Origin: Blastocystis sp. ATCC 50177/Nand II
Lineage: Eukaryota
Reading direction: 5' to 3'
DNA: 64,000 nt
NCBI GenBank assembly: GCA_039096935.1
Contig: JBBPEE010000035.1
Location: 186,001 to 250,000 of the forward strand
Positions 1-11,500 of this stretch are shown here, in pieces. Each line of letters begins with the position of its first letter. The first letter of the stretch is position 1. The notes beneath the pieces are model-generated. The model was not told the DNA's origin. It ran no database searches and saw nothing but the letters and a program-made list of their open reading frames with translations. The position numbers were made by a program, and so were the translations under genes.

Positions 1-78
1 GAGTGGGAGAGATGAAGTCAAGAAGACTCACTTTGCAGCGGTATTGAATAGAAAACGAAGAGTAGGTGAAAAACACAT
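1..78 (-). CDS. possible first exon of a gene continuing off the window edge (MCFSPTLRFLFNTAAK, then GTGAGT donor)
   Basis: ATG at 78, short open frame, canonical donor GTGAGT; divergent from the next gene. Too short to identify. Confidence 0.3.
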
Positions 79-153
79 AGCGTAAAGAACAAAGCACCAC
101 TCCATTCAATTCAAGAAGAGCGGCGATTATTGCTGATACCCGCAGTTCTTAGT

Positions 154-2550
154 ATGGAGGATCCCTTCTCTAGTTCCGAAAAGAAGCTGGAGCTGGAAAA
201 CCTGGTTTCACCCATCAAGCCCCGTAGGGAGGAAAACAGCATACTAAGTGATGAAGAAGAGAGCGAAGACTCCATTCTAAATCGAGTCGCTCGAAAGCCG
301 TAAGTGGGCTGTTGTTTCCGTTCACCAATAGACATCGTGTTATTGATTCCGAATCTACACTCCTGGCAGACTCAGAAAAGTCTCTATTGCCAAAGAAGGA
401 GATTCGATTCAAAGATGAAATCCCAGCAGTATCCAAGGAGGACGAATATGTTTCTGTGCTCGGTGACGAACCGGCAAAATCAGAGCAGTGCTATTTCTGT
501 CATGGGAGAGAGGACTTGGTTTCCTGCACGGGCGGATGCAACCGCGCATACCATTTGCGTTGTATTGGAATGAAGGCTACAACCAACTATGCGAACTGGA
601 AGTGCAAGCAGTGTCGTGGAATGGCGCTGAAGTCCTCCGATTATCACAAGAAGCACTGTCTGAAGCAATGGTATTTGAAATATGTTGTTTCCCTGCAAAG
701 TGGAGAGAAGTCGATTGTTTTCGAGGGCATTCGCTGTTTTGACAACACTGTGTGGAAGTGCTCTCCAGTGTCATCCGTTATCGACCCTACTCACTTTCAA
801 ACGGTCAACAACGCCATCTACATTCTGATCGGAGAGGAAGATGCGAAGAAGAGTGCCGCCAACGGCTTCCAGCAGGACGTGTGTGATGCCTTCCAGAAGG
901 GCATTCCCCAGGACTGGAAGGCGCGCATCGGGGGATGTGGCGCAGAGAGCGAGTTGGCGCAGCAGCCATCGGATGTGTCGATTGACAAGGAGAGGGAGAA
1001 GGGTGTGATGGTGGACAATAAGAAAGAGAAGGGTGTGGTGGTGGAGGAGGAAGTGAGAGAGAAGGAGGAACAGGAAAAGGTGAATGAAGAAAAGACGAAA
1101 GTGGAAGGTGACAAGGAAGCTCCATCAGCGCCACAGCCCGCGAAGGCTCCAGTAAAGAGAAGACGCCGCAACGTCACGGTCCCCTCCGTGCGCGTGATCC
1201 CACTGGACCCCGAGGACAGCGACTCGTCCGCCGCGGAGCCGCAAGAGCCGTCGGAGCCGTCGGAGCCGCCGGAGTTCCCGCCGCCCGTGCGCCGCAGCTC
1301 GCGCATCCGCATGCCGCCGCTGGCCTTCTGGAAGAACGAGTACCTGCGGGAGAACGTGAAGACGGGCCGGACGGAGCTCATCGTGGGCAGCTCGAACGCG
1401 GACCTGCCGAGCGTGATGGCGCACGCGTTCCCGCTGGAGCCGTCGCCCTCCGTGTATGAGATGGTGACCGCCGCCGCGCCTAGCGTGAGGAGGAGCAAGG
1501 AGAAGAAGAGTGGAGAGAAGAAAGAGAAGAGGGTGGACAAGGCAGTGAAGAAAAAGCCGGAAAGAACGGAAAAGCCGGAAAAGGAGAAGAAGGAAAAGGT
1601 AGAGAAGAAGAAGCCAGAAAAGAAGGTGGAAAAGGAAACAAAGAACCCCGTCAAGAAGCCAAAGACCAAAACACCTCCTGTTGAGAAGCTTAAAGCCCCC
1701 GAGCCCGTCTTCGTGGAGGTTCGATTCCGAAGCGACGCTGACCAGTAGTGGAAAGAGAAGGAAGTGAACGACCTGCGCCAGGCGGTGGAGGCGGTGCGGC
1801 TGGCACCGAGCAGCCCGCTCTTCTGGATCCAGGTCAGCCTGCGCGTGCCGGGAAAGACGGCGAAGGAGTGCGAGAGAGCGGCGGGCGTGTACCACATCGA
1901 GCTGAAGAGTGAGCGCGATGGCATCCAGTCACGGGTAGAGAAGCCGGAGAAGAAGGCTGTAGAGAAGAAGAAGCCGTCGATCGTTCGAGCAGACGGGCGG
2001 GTTGAGGCATAGAAGCTGTCGCGAAAGGGCACGCTGAAGCGGAAGCAGCAGCTGCGCGAGATCCTGACGACGATCGAGGAGAAGGACGCGAAGGAGCAGA
2101 AGCCCGTCGCGTTCGAGGGCAGGCGGCTGAACAGCGACTGGACGGCCGCGTTCAACCTCAAGACGCCGTCGATCTCGCGGAGGAAGGAGGGCGAGCTGAA
2201 CACGTCGGTACTGGTGCTGGCGGTGGAGGAGGCTGAGGAGTAGGGAGAGAACCTGTTTGAAGAGCTGGACGAGAAGGAGAAGGACCGGATCATCCTCTCT
2301 GCAGAGCGGGTTCGGCATAAGAAGGCAGTGCCGAGGAAGGAAAAGGCGGAGGCGAAGAAGCCGGAGCAAGATGTCGAGGAGAATGCAAAAGGCTCGGTTG
2401 TTGGTTATATCGGTGCAAGTGGGTTGTTGGCAGTTGGGGTGAGTGATAGACGGATTGCCTGTTGTTCAAGTGCATCGCAAGCAAACTATTCCCGATCTGG
2501 AGGAGGACGAAATGGGTTCGTTCTCGGACAGTCTCCTAGATGACGAATAG
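154..2550 (+). CDS. KNL2: KNL2/Mis18BP1 centromere licensing factor with N-terminal PHD finger (spliced)
   Basis: PHD finger (CYFC..C.GGCNRAYHLRC..WKCKQC); SANTA domain (LKQWYLK..FEG..W..S..V....YILIG..NGF...F.KGIPQDW); CENP-C-like motif RRSSRIRMPPLAFWKNE; SANT/Myb (WKEKEVNDL..FWIQVS.RVPGKTAKEC); KGTLKRKQQLREIL motif. Short GT-AG introns join the ORFs; TAG at 2548-2550, TGTTTGTT at 2571. Confidence 0.85.
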
Positions 2551-2582
2551 CTTTTTCTCTTTTTGGATGATGTTTGTTCCAC

Positions 2583-5500
2583 ATGGAGGGAAAAGCGGCA
2601 GGCGTGGATCCCACACTATTCGTATGCAAGTGCGATTCCGAGGCGTCAACTTCTTGGAGGAAGCGTGTGAGAAAGAAAGGAAGGAAGATGAGCGATTGGC
2701 CAAGTGCTACATTTCCCTTCCTCCTCGAGAGCCAAATCGGAGTCAGCACTGTTCATTCGTCGTTTGTGGATATAAGGGAATGATGATTACCTTCGGAAAA
2801 CCAAAAGAGCTCAGTTCAAAGCAAAGCAAGCGTATTCCTATCGTCTGACGTTATAGGCATTCTTCACAGTCTTTGCACTCAAAAGGAGCAAGAGATGGCC
2901 CTCTCTCCCCCACGATGGGAATTACAGTCCAAGCTCCCCTCCTCTTCTCTATTCCAACGCGAGCTTGTTCCTCGTTCTATCGAAATGGACTTTCCGTTAC
3001 GAGTTCAAAACCAATCTATCGTCTCGCTCGCCTTTTCCCTCCTTCCTTCTCCCCAATTCATGCCTCTCTCTCCCTACCATGGTCTGATCGCACCCCCGCA
3101 TCCATCCATGACAGAGTACCGCCTCCTCCCACCTCTTCCTCCTCCCCCTGTTACCCCACGCCACATCGAAGTGGACGACGACCTGATCCTCTTCCTCCCT
3201 CCTCCTCCCCTCCTCGAACACACCTTTTCTCTTCAGTCCATTCTCTCCTCCCTTCTCTCCACCGTGCAGCCCCTCCCCCTCTCCATCTCCTTCTTGCTCC
3301 CCACCGCCTCCTTCAACTACGCAGTGCACACCACTCCCCCTCCAACCCCAAGCCACGAATCCTATCTCCTCTCCGAGCCTTTCGCTTCTCTCGATTTCCT
3401 CTATCCCCTCCCGCCCCTCCACTCCTCTCCCTTCTTCCTCCAGCTCGTGCAGACCCTCTTCCTCCCGCAGCACACACCTCTTCCTCCAGACCTCCCATCC
3501 CTCCACAGCGCCACCTCGGCCCAGCGTGCCCTCCTCACTCACTACACCTCCTTCCTCCACTGCCAGGCCTATCTCCCCCTCCCCATCGTACTCGTCGCCA
3601 CTCTCCTCACCCACAGACGCGCTTCATGCGCCAGTCCCACGTCTCCTTCCACACCCAACTCCAGGCCCTGCTGCAGACCGTTGCACCCACTCCTCTTCTT
3701 TCCCTCACGGTAGTACACTTTGCTTGAACTTAATTGTAGATTCAACTGCCTGCCCTTCTCGACGGTCACATTGCGCAACAGCAGAATGTCGGAATGTCAT
3801 CCTTTCATGCGTTGCCACCACCTCCACGCAGAAACAGTTTGTTCGTGCCAGAGAGCGTGGAGAAAAGCGAAGCAGGACTATCCCCAGATGGAGGAGAGGA
3901 GAAGGACTTCCGATCAAAGCAACCGACTGACAGAGAAGAGAGAGGCGATTCGTTGGTTAATAGAGAGGATTCATTGGTTGATGAAGATGAGAGATACTCA
4001 CCACCGATTGACAAAGACGAAGCAAGCTCACCACCGAAGAAACCAACAAGCCCTGCAGAGAAGCGTCCAGCGCAGGAGGCGACGGTTAACGAGGAATCAC
4101 AGCACATCCGTGAAACCACAGCCAACGACAAGAAACGACAAAAGATGCAGGAGCCGCAGAGCATAGTCTTGCAGGGCATCTGCTCCCACCTGCGGCAGCA
4201 CGGCCAGGAGCTGCTGCACCGGCTCCAGCAGGAACAGCTCCTGCTGCCCACGGCTACCGTGGACACGGTGACGCCCGAGGTGCTGGCGTGAGCCTGTCGT
4301 CCCTCCTTCCCCGTAGAGACCTCGTGGACTTCATCCAGAACCAGCTGGCACTCATCTCCTCCTCCACCGCCATCACGTGCGCCACTGCCAAGCTGGCGCC
4401 TCTGCGCGGGGCGCTCCAGGCCGCCGTTGCCCTGCACGCGGTCGTGATCGTCTGCGCGGGACTGCGCACGGAGCAGCCGGAGGAGGTGTCGCGCATGGAG
4501 CAGTACCTGCGCGAGATCTCGGCCAACGACTCGTACCTCCGCATCCTGCCCGAGCCCGTGCTGGCGCTCTTCGCCTCCATCGAGGAGGCTCTGGAGGGAA
4601 TGGTCGACGGCTCTCTCCCTCAACCTGCAGAGGCCTCTCCCACGGAGGAGCATCCTGTGGATCCTGTGGATACTGCGACCATTCCTGAAGATCACCCGCG
4701 GGAGACGCCGTGTGATTGCTCGTTCCCTGTTTCGCCCACCTCAAACACTCGACCCCCCACCGTTGAAGACGATCACCCACCCACCACAATCATCATCGAT
4801 GAGTCCCTCCTGCAGCAGCGCGAACTCTTGCGGTGTGACCATCACTTCGGGATGACGCATAGAACGCTGGAAGTGCAGTACGGCGTCTCGTACGTCTGCC
4901 GATCCGTCCGTCCCCTATCGATGGTTGTGGACGTCGACACGGGCGTGCTGCTCACCTCGCTGTTGGAACTGCTGGATGCGACGCGCCTCAGAGCCGTGGT
5001 GAACTCCCTGGCGGGAGAAACCGTCCGGTATGACCGCTTGATTGTTGTCATCGAAACACACGACACGGACACAAAGGAAATAACCACACCGCTGCAATGC
5101 CTCCTGGCTGGCATCATGTTCTTCCCCGTAGAAACGATGATCCATTTCTCGTCGCATCGCATCCCTTCTTCTTACATAGGACCAGCTCTGCAGACACGGC
5201 AAGCCGCGTCAGGGAGTGCATCGACGCTCTGCACAGCCGTCAGACCACGTGGAGAGTGGACGTTATCTCCCTTTTCAACTGTAGGACTGCTTCTACCAGC
5301 GGGACTTCTTGACGGAAGAAGAAACGGAACAGCAGCGGTGGTACTCCACCATTCCCTTCGTGAACCCGTTTGTGGCCTGCTTCATCAACTCAGCCGTTGG
5401 AAGTGTTGGAAAGGGTGAGACGCAGATGGATCCCGATGATCTATGCGAGCTGCAGACACCGAACCCGTGGCTGTCAAATCGCATCGTGTCATCCATCCTA

Positions 5501-5832
5501 CAGTGCAGAGCGAGTGAACGAAATGAGTAGTAGACTGACTGCCTTGCAATGCAACCCGCAGAGCGATAATCCGCAACCCTCAGAGAAGCGCGACACTACT
5601 GACTCCATGATCCACATAAACAGAGAGCCGAAACGAGTGAAACTGGGAATCGACAAGAGCAATCCGCAAAACGGACAAACAAAGAGTAGGCGGATAGAGA
5701 GTGACGTAACGCACAGTATGTTGGAGAGATTACACGAGCAAGGGACAATCCGTCACATCGCATTACTTTACTCCGAAGAAAACAGCGTCCATACTGGACA
5801 GTATTGGAGAGTACGACAGTTCCGTCTACTGA
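2583..5832 (+). CDS. SHOC1: SHOC1/Zip2-like XPF(ERCC4)-domain meiotic crossover protein (spliced)
   Basis: C-terminal XPF-like domain (TIIIDESLLQ..SMVVDVDTGVLL..RYDRLIVVIE), HhH-like segment LTEEETEQQRWYSTIPFVNPFVACFINS, terminal KRVKLG..NGQTKICW motif resembling the SHOC1 C-terminus. 5' exon structure uncertain. Confidence 0.7.
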
Positions 5833-5995
5833 AGATGAACCATGGAGCCCGCTTTGTTCCACATAACCATCAGAAACCATACTGCAGATGAAACCACGCA
5901 TCATCCCTCCCTCAAATGGAAGAATGCAGTGCGCATGGAAGACGCCCGAAATCGGAGCAATTTCCGTTTCTTCATGTCAGAAATTCTTTTGGAAA

Positions 5996-7098
5996 ATGAT
6001 ACACCGATTGGTTGTGCTGACGATCACCCTGTTCTGTCTGTGTACAGCTGGACGTGACTTTTACAAGATTTTGGGCATTGATAAGTAACAGAGTGGAGGA
6101 GGGAGTAATGGGCTAGAAAGGCTTCCGAGTCGCAAATCAAGAGAGCGTACCGAAAGCTGAGTCTGAAGTACCACCCCGATAAGTGCAAGACCGACGAGTG
6201 CAAAGCCAAGTTCATTGATATCCAGGCGGCGTACGACTGCCTGTCGGACGAAAACAAAAGAAGAGTATATGATATGAAGGGCGAAGAGGGCGTGGAGGAG
6301 AGAGAAAAGCAGGGAAGCCAGCAGGGCTTCAACCCCTTCGCCGATATCTTCGGCTTTGGCGGCTTTGGCGGAAAGCAGAGAAACCAGGACATGCAGGCCA
6401 CCGTGCCCGTATCTTTGGAGGACCTGTACAACGGCCGCGAAATGAACTTCAGCATCAACCGCCAGGAGCTCTGCGAGCACTGCCATGGCACGGGTGCCGA
6501 TGATCCCGAGCATGTCCACACGTGCCCTGTGTGCAAGGGCAGCGGCGTCATTCTCCAACGTGTGCAGCTTGCCCCCGGATTCGTGCAGCAGGTGCAGCAG
6601 CCGTGCAGGAAATGCGGCGGCAAGGGAAAGACCTACGACAAGCCGTGCCACGTGTGCCACGGCAACAAGCTGGTCACGAAGCCGCACATGATTTCGGTGG
6701 AGATCGAGCGCGGCATGAAGGATGGAGAGCAGATCACCTTCGAGCACGAGGGCAACCAGCATCCCGATCTGGACCCCGGCCACGTGATCATCGTGCTTCA
6801 GCAGAAGAAGCACCCTCTGTTCACGCGCGATGGAAACGATCTGCGGATGAACTTCAGCATCAGCCTGAAGGACGCGCTGATCGGCTGGAAGAGCCACCTG
6901 ACCCACCTGGACGGTCACCGTGTGGAGTTCGGGAAGGAGGGAATCACGAAGCCCGGAGAGGTGCTGAAGATTGAGGGCGAGGGTATGCCTGTGCACAAGT
7001 TCCCGTCGCAGAAGGGCGATCTTTACATCACGATTACAGTGGTTATGCCGAAGTCGCTGAACGACAAGCAGAAGGAGGCGATCACCACTTTGTTTTAA
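5996..7098 (+). CDS. ER-luminal type I DnaJ co-chaperone (ERdj3/Scj1-like)
   Basis: Signal peptide MIHRLVVLTITLFCLCTAG, J domain (RDFYKILG..YHPDK), CxxCxGxG zinc-finger repeats, DnaJ C-terminal domain; one short intron. Confidence 0.9.
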
Positions 7099-7147
7099 TA
7101 GGGTCTGCTGTTTGTTGCAACAAGGGCAGGCGAATAGTACATGCTAC

Positions 7148-8400
7148 TTAAAGGTCAAAATCAAAATCGTCGATGGAATTCGAGCGAGAGGAGACGGAGA
7201 TCTCGTCCATCATCTCATTCAGCACTACGCCTTACCACCGCCAGCCTCTCCCACAGTGGTTATTTGACGTGAACAAGCGCGATCGCGAGTCATCGTCGTA
7301 GCTACTGCAGGTCACGGTGAAATCCTCCGTGTCAGAGTCCTTGGCCTCCAACTCGTCGTAGAACTCTGAATATGAACCTCACTCTCATCTGGTACGCTTC
7401 AGCTCCAGCTTGGTGGCGAATTGGGCGGCATTGTCCATCTTTCCGTTTCCACTCATGGCCTCGCGGATCTGCTCTCCCAACTCCTTCATCGTGAAGAAGT
7501 CCGCCGGAATGGGAAGGTCGATCACATGCATCGCGCTAATCATTACCGCTGCCCGTTCGGACGAACGATTGGTTCTCGTACTTCTCGTACGAGTGGCACT
7601 TGCTCAGCCAGTTCAGCACGCCGTGGTTCTCCGGGTTCACCACTGCGGTCAGATGCTTGATGCTATTCACCTCAGCAAGCTAGTTGTGAATCCTTTGTAT
7701 CCTCCCTGTACCACGCAGATGGTGTAGAACAGTAACACGCCGATGCCCTGGCCGTGGAACTTGTCGACCACGATTACCGACCACTCGGCAGTCGTTGGGT
7801 CGTTGGGGTCCACAAAGTAGCGAGCCGTTCCCACGCCAGGGTAGCCGGGCTTGTCGAGGATGATGCCCACGCCATTGTGCTGTTTGTAGTCCATGCGGCT
7901 GAAATAGTCCAGCTCCTTTTCCGTAAACGTCTTCTTCGCCGTCGTGAATCGCATGAACAGGGAATTGGAGGAAACATCACCCTTGTTCAGCACTACAGAG
8001 TGAATCACGAAATGGACACGATACCGGAGTGCATCTTGCTGCGGTCTGACGGAATAATCGGCCGCATGATGAAGGTGTCTGTGGGATTCTTCGGAACGGA
8101 GAACCTGCACGTTATCGCTACCCGTTTGCGTTACGATATTGTATGCGCGCTGACAAAATCAATGAGCGTATCGATGGGCGGTAAGTCGGGGAGATTGCTC
8201 TTCACTTTCTCCTTCTTTTCCGATTTCGCCACGATCGTCGTAGACTCCGGCTGCCCCTTCTCCTTTATCTCGGTATCTAGGGATAGTACGTCCACGAACA
8301 CAAATGTACTCTTCTTTTCTACGGGGGGCTCTACATGGGTTTCTTCTCCTCCCTGACCTCCGAATGCCCTGCCAAAGAAAGAAAACAGTCCTTTGAACAT
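7148..8400 (-). CDS. GNAT-family N-acetyltransferase (bacterial-like), spliced
   Basis: SLFMRFTTAKK..ELDYFSRMDY..GVGTARYF..AEWSVIVVDKFHGQGIG motif A; acidic tail ending DFDFDL-TAA after a 30-nt intron. Confidence 0.8.
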
Positions 8401-8528
8401 TCGAAAAGAATAACTACGTAAGAGATGATCCGGAAAAGACCTCCGCACAGTTCGGGAAATCCCCGCGGCGAAGGGCAAATGACAAGAAAACCGATCGCTC
8501 ATGTCGTGTAACAAACACCGCACGCATA

Positions 8529-11500
8529 TCACTCTGCTCTGTGCTCTGCCGATCCCTGGTCATCGCGCTTCACGTCCGTGGGAACTGTGGGCGAGTAGGC
8601 GGGAGATGTTGGGGAATAAGCAGGAGAAGTAGGAGAATAAGCAGGGGACGTGGGCGAGTAGGCAGGGGACGTGGGGGAGTATGCCGGCGAGGTGGGGGAG
8701 TAAGCTGGGCTCGTGGGGGAGTAGGCGGGAGATGTGGGAGAATATGCTGGAGAAGTAGGGGAATATGCCGGTGAAGTAGGGGAGTATGCCGGCGAGGTAG
8801 GAGAGTAGGCAGGGCTCGTTGGCGAATATGCCGGACTGGTAGGGGAATAGGCGGGAGAAGTAGGGGAATAGGCGGGACTGGTAGGGGAATAAGCAGGGGA
8901 AGTGGGCGAATAAGCAGGCGAGGTGGGCGAGTACGCCGGGCTCGTTGGCGAGTAGGCCGGACTCGTTGGCGAATACGCAGGGGAAGTGGGCGAATACGCC
9001 GGACTGGTGGGCGAATACGCAGGTGACGTCGGAGAGTACGCCGGACTGGTGGGCGAATACGCCGGACTGGTGGGAGAGTAAGCAGGACTGCTGGGCGAGT
9101 AGCCGGGCGAGGCGGCGCGGTAGCCGTTGTAGCCGCGGTCGCCCGCGTCGGCAGCTCCAGAAGAGTAGCTGGGCGAGGTGAGCCCGCGGCCGAAGTCCTG
9201 CTCGAAGACGCCGGGCGAGGCGGGGCCGTACTCGGGCGAGAACTGGGGCGACTGGCCGGAGGAGGCATCGAAGAGGTTGTTCATCGACGGCGAGCTGAAG
9301 GGCAGCACGCGGTCGTTGTCGTCCAGCGTGAAGCGATCCGCCAGCTCGTCGCCGTCCGGCGCCACGTCCACCGCCTCGCTGAGCTTCTTGGTGTCGAGAT
9401 AGACGTCGAAGACGCCAGTGCCGGTGTGCAGCAGCTGACCCGTCATCACATTCTCCGACACGCCCAGCAGCTTGTCCTTCTCGCTGAACAGCGCCGCCTC
9501 CATAAACACCTCCTGCGTCTCCTCGAAGGAGGCTTTCTGCAGCGGGGAGGCGTCGATGCGGTTGATGCCGTTGCGCGTAATGGGCATGAGGAAGCCCTTG
9601 TAGGTCATCACGTCGCACAGCATGGACAGGTGCCGGTGGTTCACGTACGAGCCGTCGAAGCTGATGACCATGCGCACTTCCTTCATGATCGCGCGCCGCG
9701 CCGCCTCGATGCCCAGCACCTCGAAGATCTCGCGCACGTCGTTCGTGTAGATCTTCGTGAAGTCCAGCGACTCCTCCGCCATCGCGCCGCGCAGATTGGA
9801 GCCATCCGTCTGCAGCACGAACTCCTTGCGGTCGCTCATCTTGACCTCGTCGGTGTCCTCGATCTCGTTGATGTTGTCCTCGCTGATGTACACCGTGTCG
9901 ATGCCCTTGGTGCCGAACAGCACGAACTGCGACAGCAGCACGTTCAGCAGACTCTTCAGCATCTCGTTCCCGCTCACCTGCGCGTCGCCGCTGTTCTCCT
10001 CCTCCTTCAGCAGCCGGATCTGAATCACCGGGTTGTAGTCATTCTCCGTGGAGGCGATCGTGTTCAGCTTCAGCGGGATGAACTCCTTGATGCGCTCCGC
10101 GATGATCTGAGGCGACACCTTCTTCGCCACGATCATTTGCTGGTTCAGCGCCAGTCGCAGCATCCACGACGACAGCGTCGCCGGGTCGATGTCCTCCGTG
10201 TCGAAATAGCCCTTCACCAGCTCCGCGTCCTGCCGACACACCGTGTTGCGCGGGTCGGGGTCATAATAAATCTCCGCAGACGCCAGCAGCTTGTCCAGCG
10301 TGGTCAGCCCCAGCGTGTTCTGGATGCGCTGCGCCGCCTCCTTGCTCTCACGCAGGTCCTTGCGCAGACGCAGCGTCATGGTGGGCGTGCTGATGTTCGC
10401 CACCACGTTGATGATCTCCTCCAGACGCGGCACGCCCAGCGTCACGTTCTTGGCGGACACGCCAGCGAAGTGGAAGGTGTTCAGCGTCATCTGCGTGGCG
10501 GGCTCGCCGATGGACTGCGCCGCCACGATGCCGCACACCTCGCCGGGGTTGACCTGCGCCTTGAGGAAGCGGTTCTCGATCTCGGCGATCAGCCAGTCGA
10601 AGGCCTTCACGGTGAGACGGTGCTCCTTCATCAGCGGCTTCGTGGCGAGCATGGACCGCGCAAAGATCGAGAAGAGCAGCTTGGCGTTGTCCTGCGATTC
10701 GGGCATGCCCACGCTCTTGCTCACGACGCACAGCCGGTCCAGCAGCGCCTTCACCTCGCGCAGGATGTACCCGGGGTCCAGGTCCGAGCAGCCGTTCGGG
10801 TCCACGCGGAAGCGCGACTCGGCGCTCCAGAGCAGGCGGCCGATGTTGACGGGCAGGTGGAAGTTGGAGATGTCCTGGATCTTCTGGTCGGTCACCGACA
10901 CGATGTTGCGCAGGTTGGTGCGATCCTCCTGCAGCTGCGCGAACTCCGCCTCCAGCTCGTGCTGCAGGCTCAGCGACTTGCGGATCTGTTCCACGGTCGC
11001 TATACATCACACCCCACGCCCTCGCCCACAAGGCGCCACCCACGTGCGCTCGCTGCTGCCGACGAACTCCAGACGGTAGTCACTCAGGTCCCAGCGGTAC
11101 TTCTCCGTCATCTTCTTCAGGTCCATGTGCAGCGTGGGAATGCTCTGATCTTCGATCCACCGCGAGTCCATGCCGTCCTCGCCGTACAGGAACTGCACGA
11201 TCTGCCCGCGGCTGTTGCGCACCGTGCCGTCGTAGTACACCATCAGGTCCTCCATCGACTTGATCAGGCGCCGCTGGATGTAGCCCGTGCGCGACGTCTT
11301 CACGGCCGTGTCGATCACGCCCTCGCGGCCGCCCTGCGCGTGGAAGTAGAACTCTTGCGGCGTCAGCCCCTTCAGGTAGCTGTTCACCACGAACCCGCGC
11401 GACTCCGCGCCGAGGTCATCCTTGCAGAAGTGCGGCAGCGTGCGGTAGCGGAAGCCGTACGCGATTCGCTTGCCGTCGACGTTCTGCTGGCCCACGCAGC

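Noticed and set aside
1740..2260. In-frame TAG codons suggesting stop-codon reassignment
   Set aside because: Each TAG checked is the 3' end of a ~30-nt GT-AG intron; the standard code suffices.
8586..9101. Regular 21-bp array as a possible CRISPR or satellite
   Set aside because: No spacers; it is the coding CTD heptad repeat.
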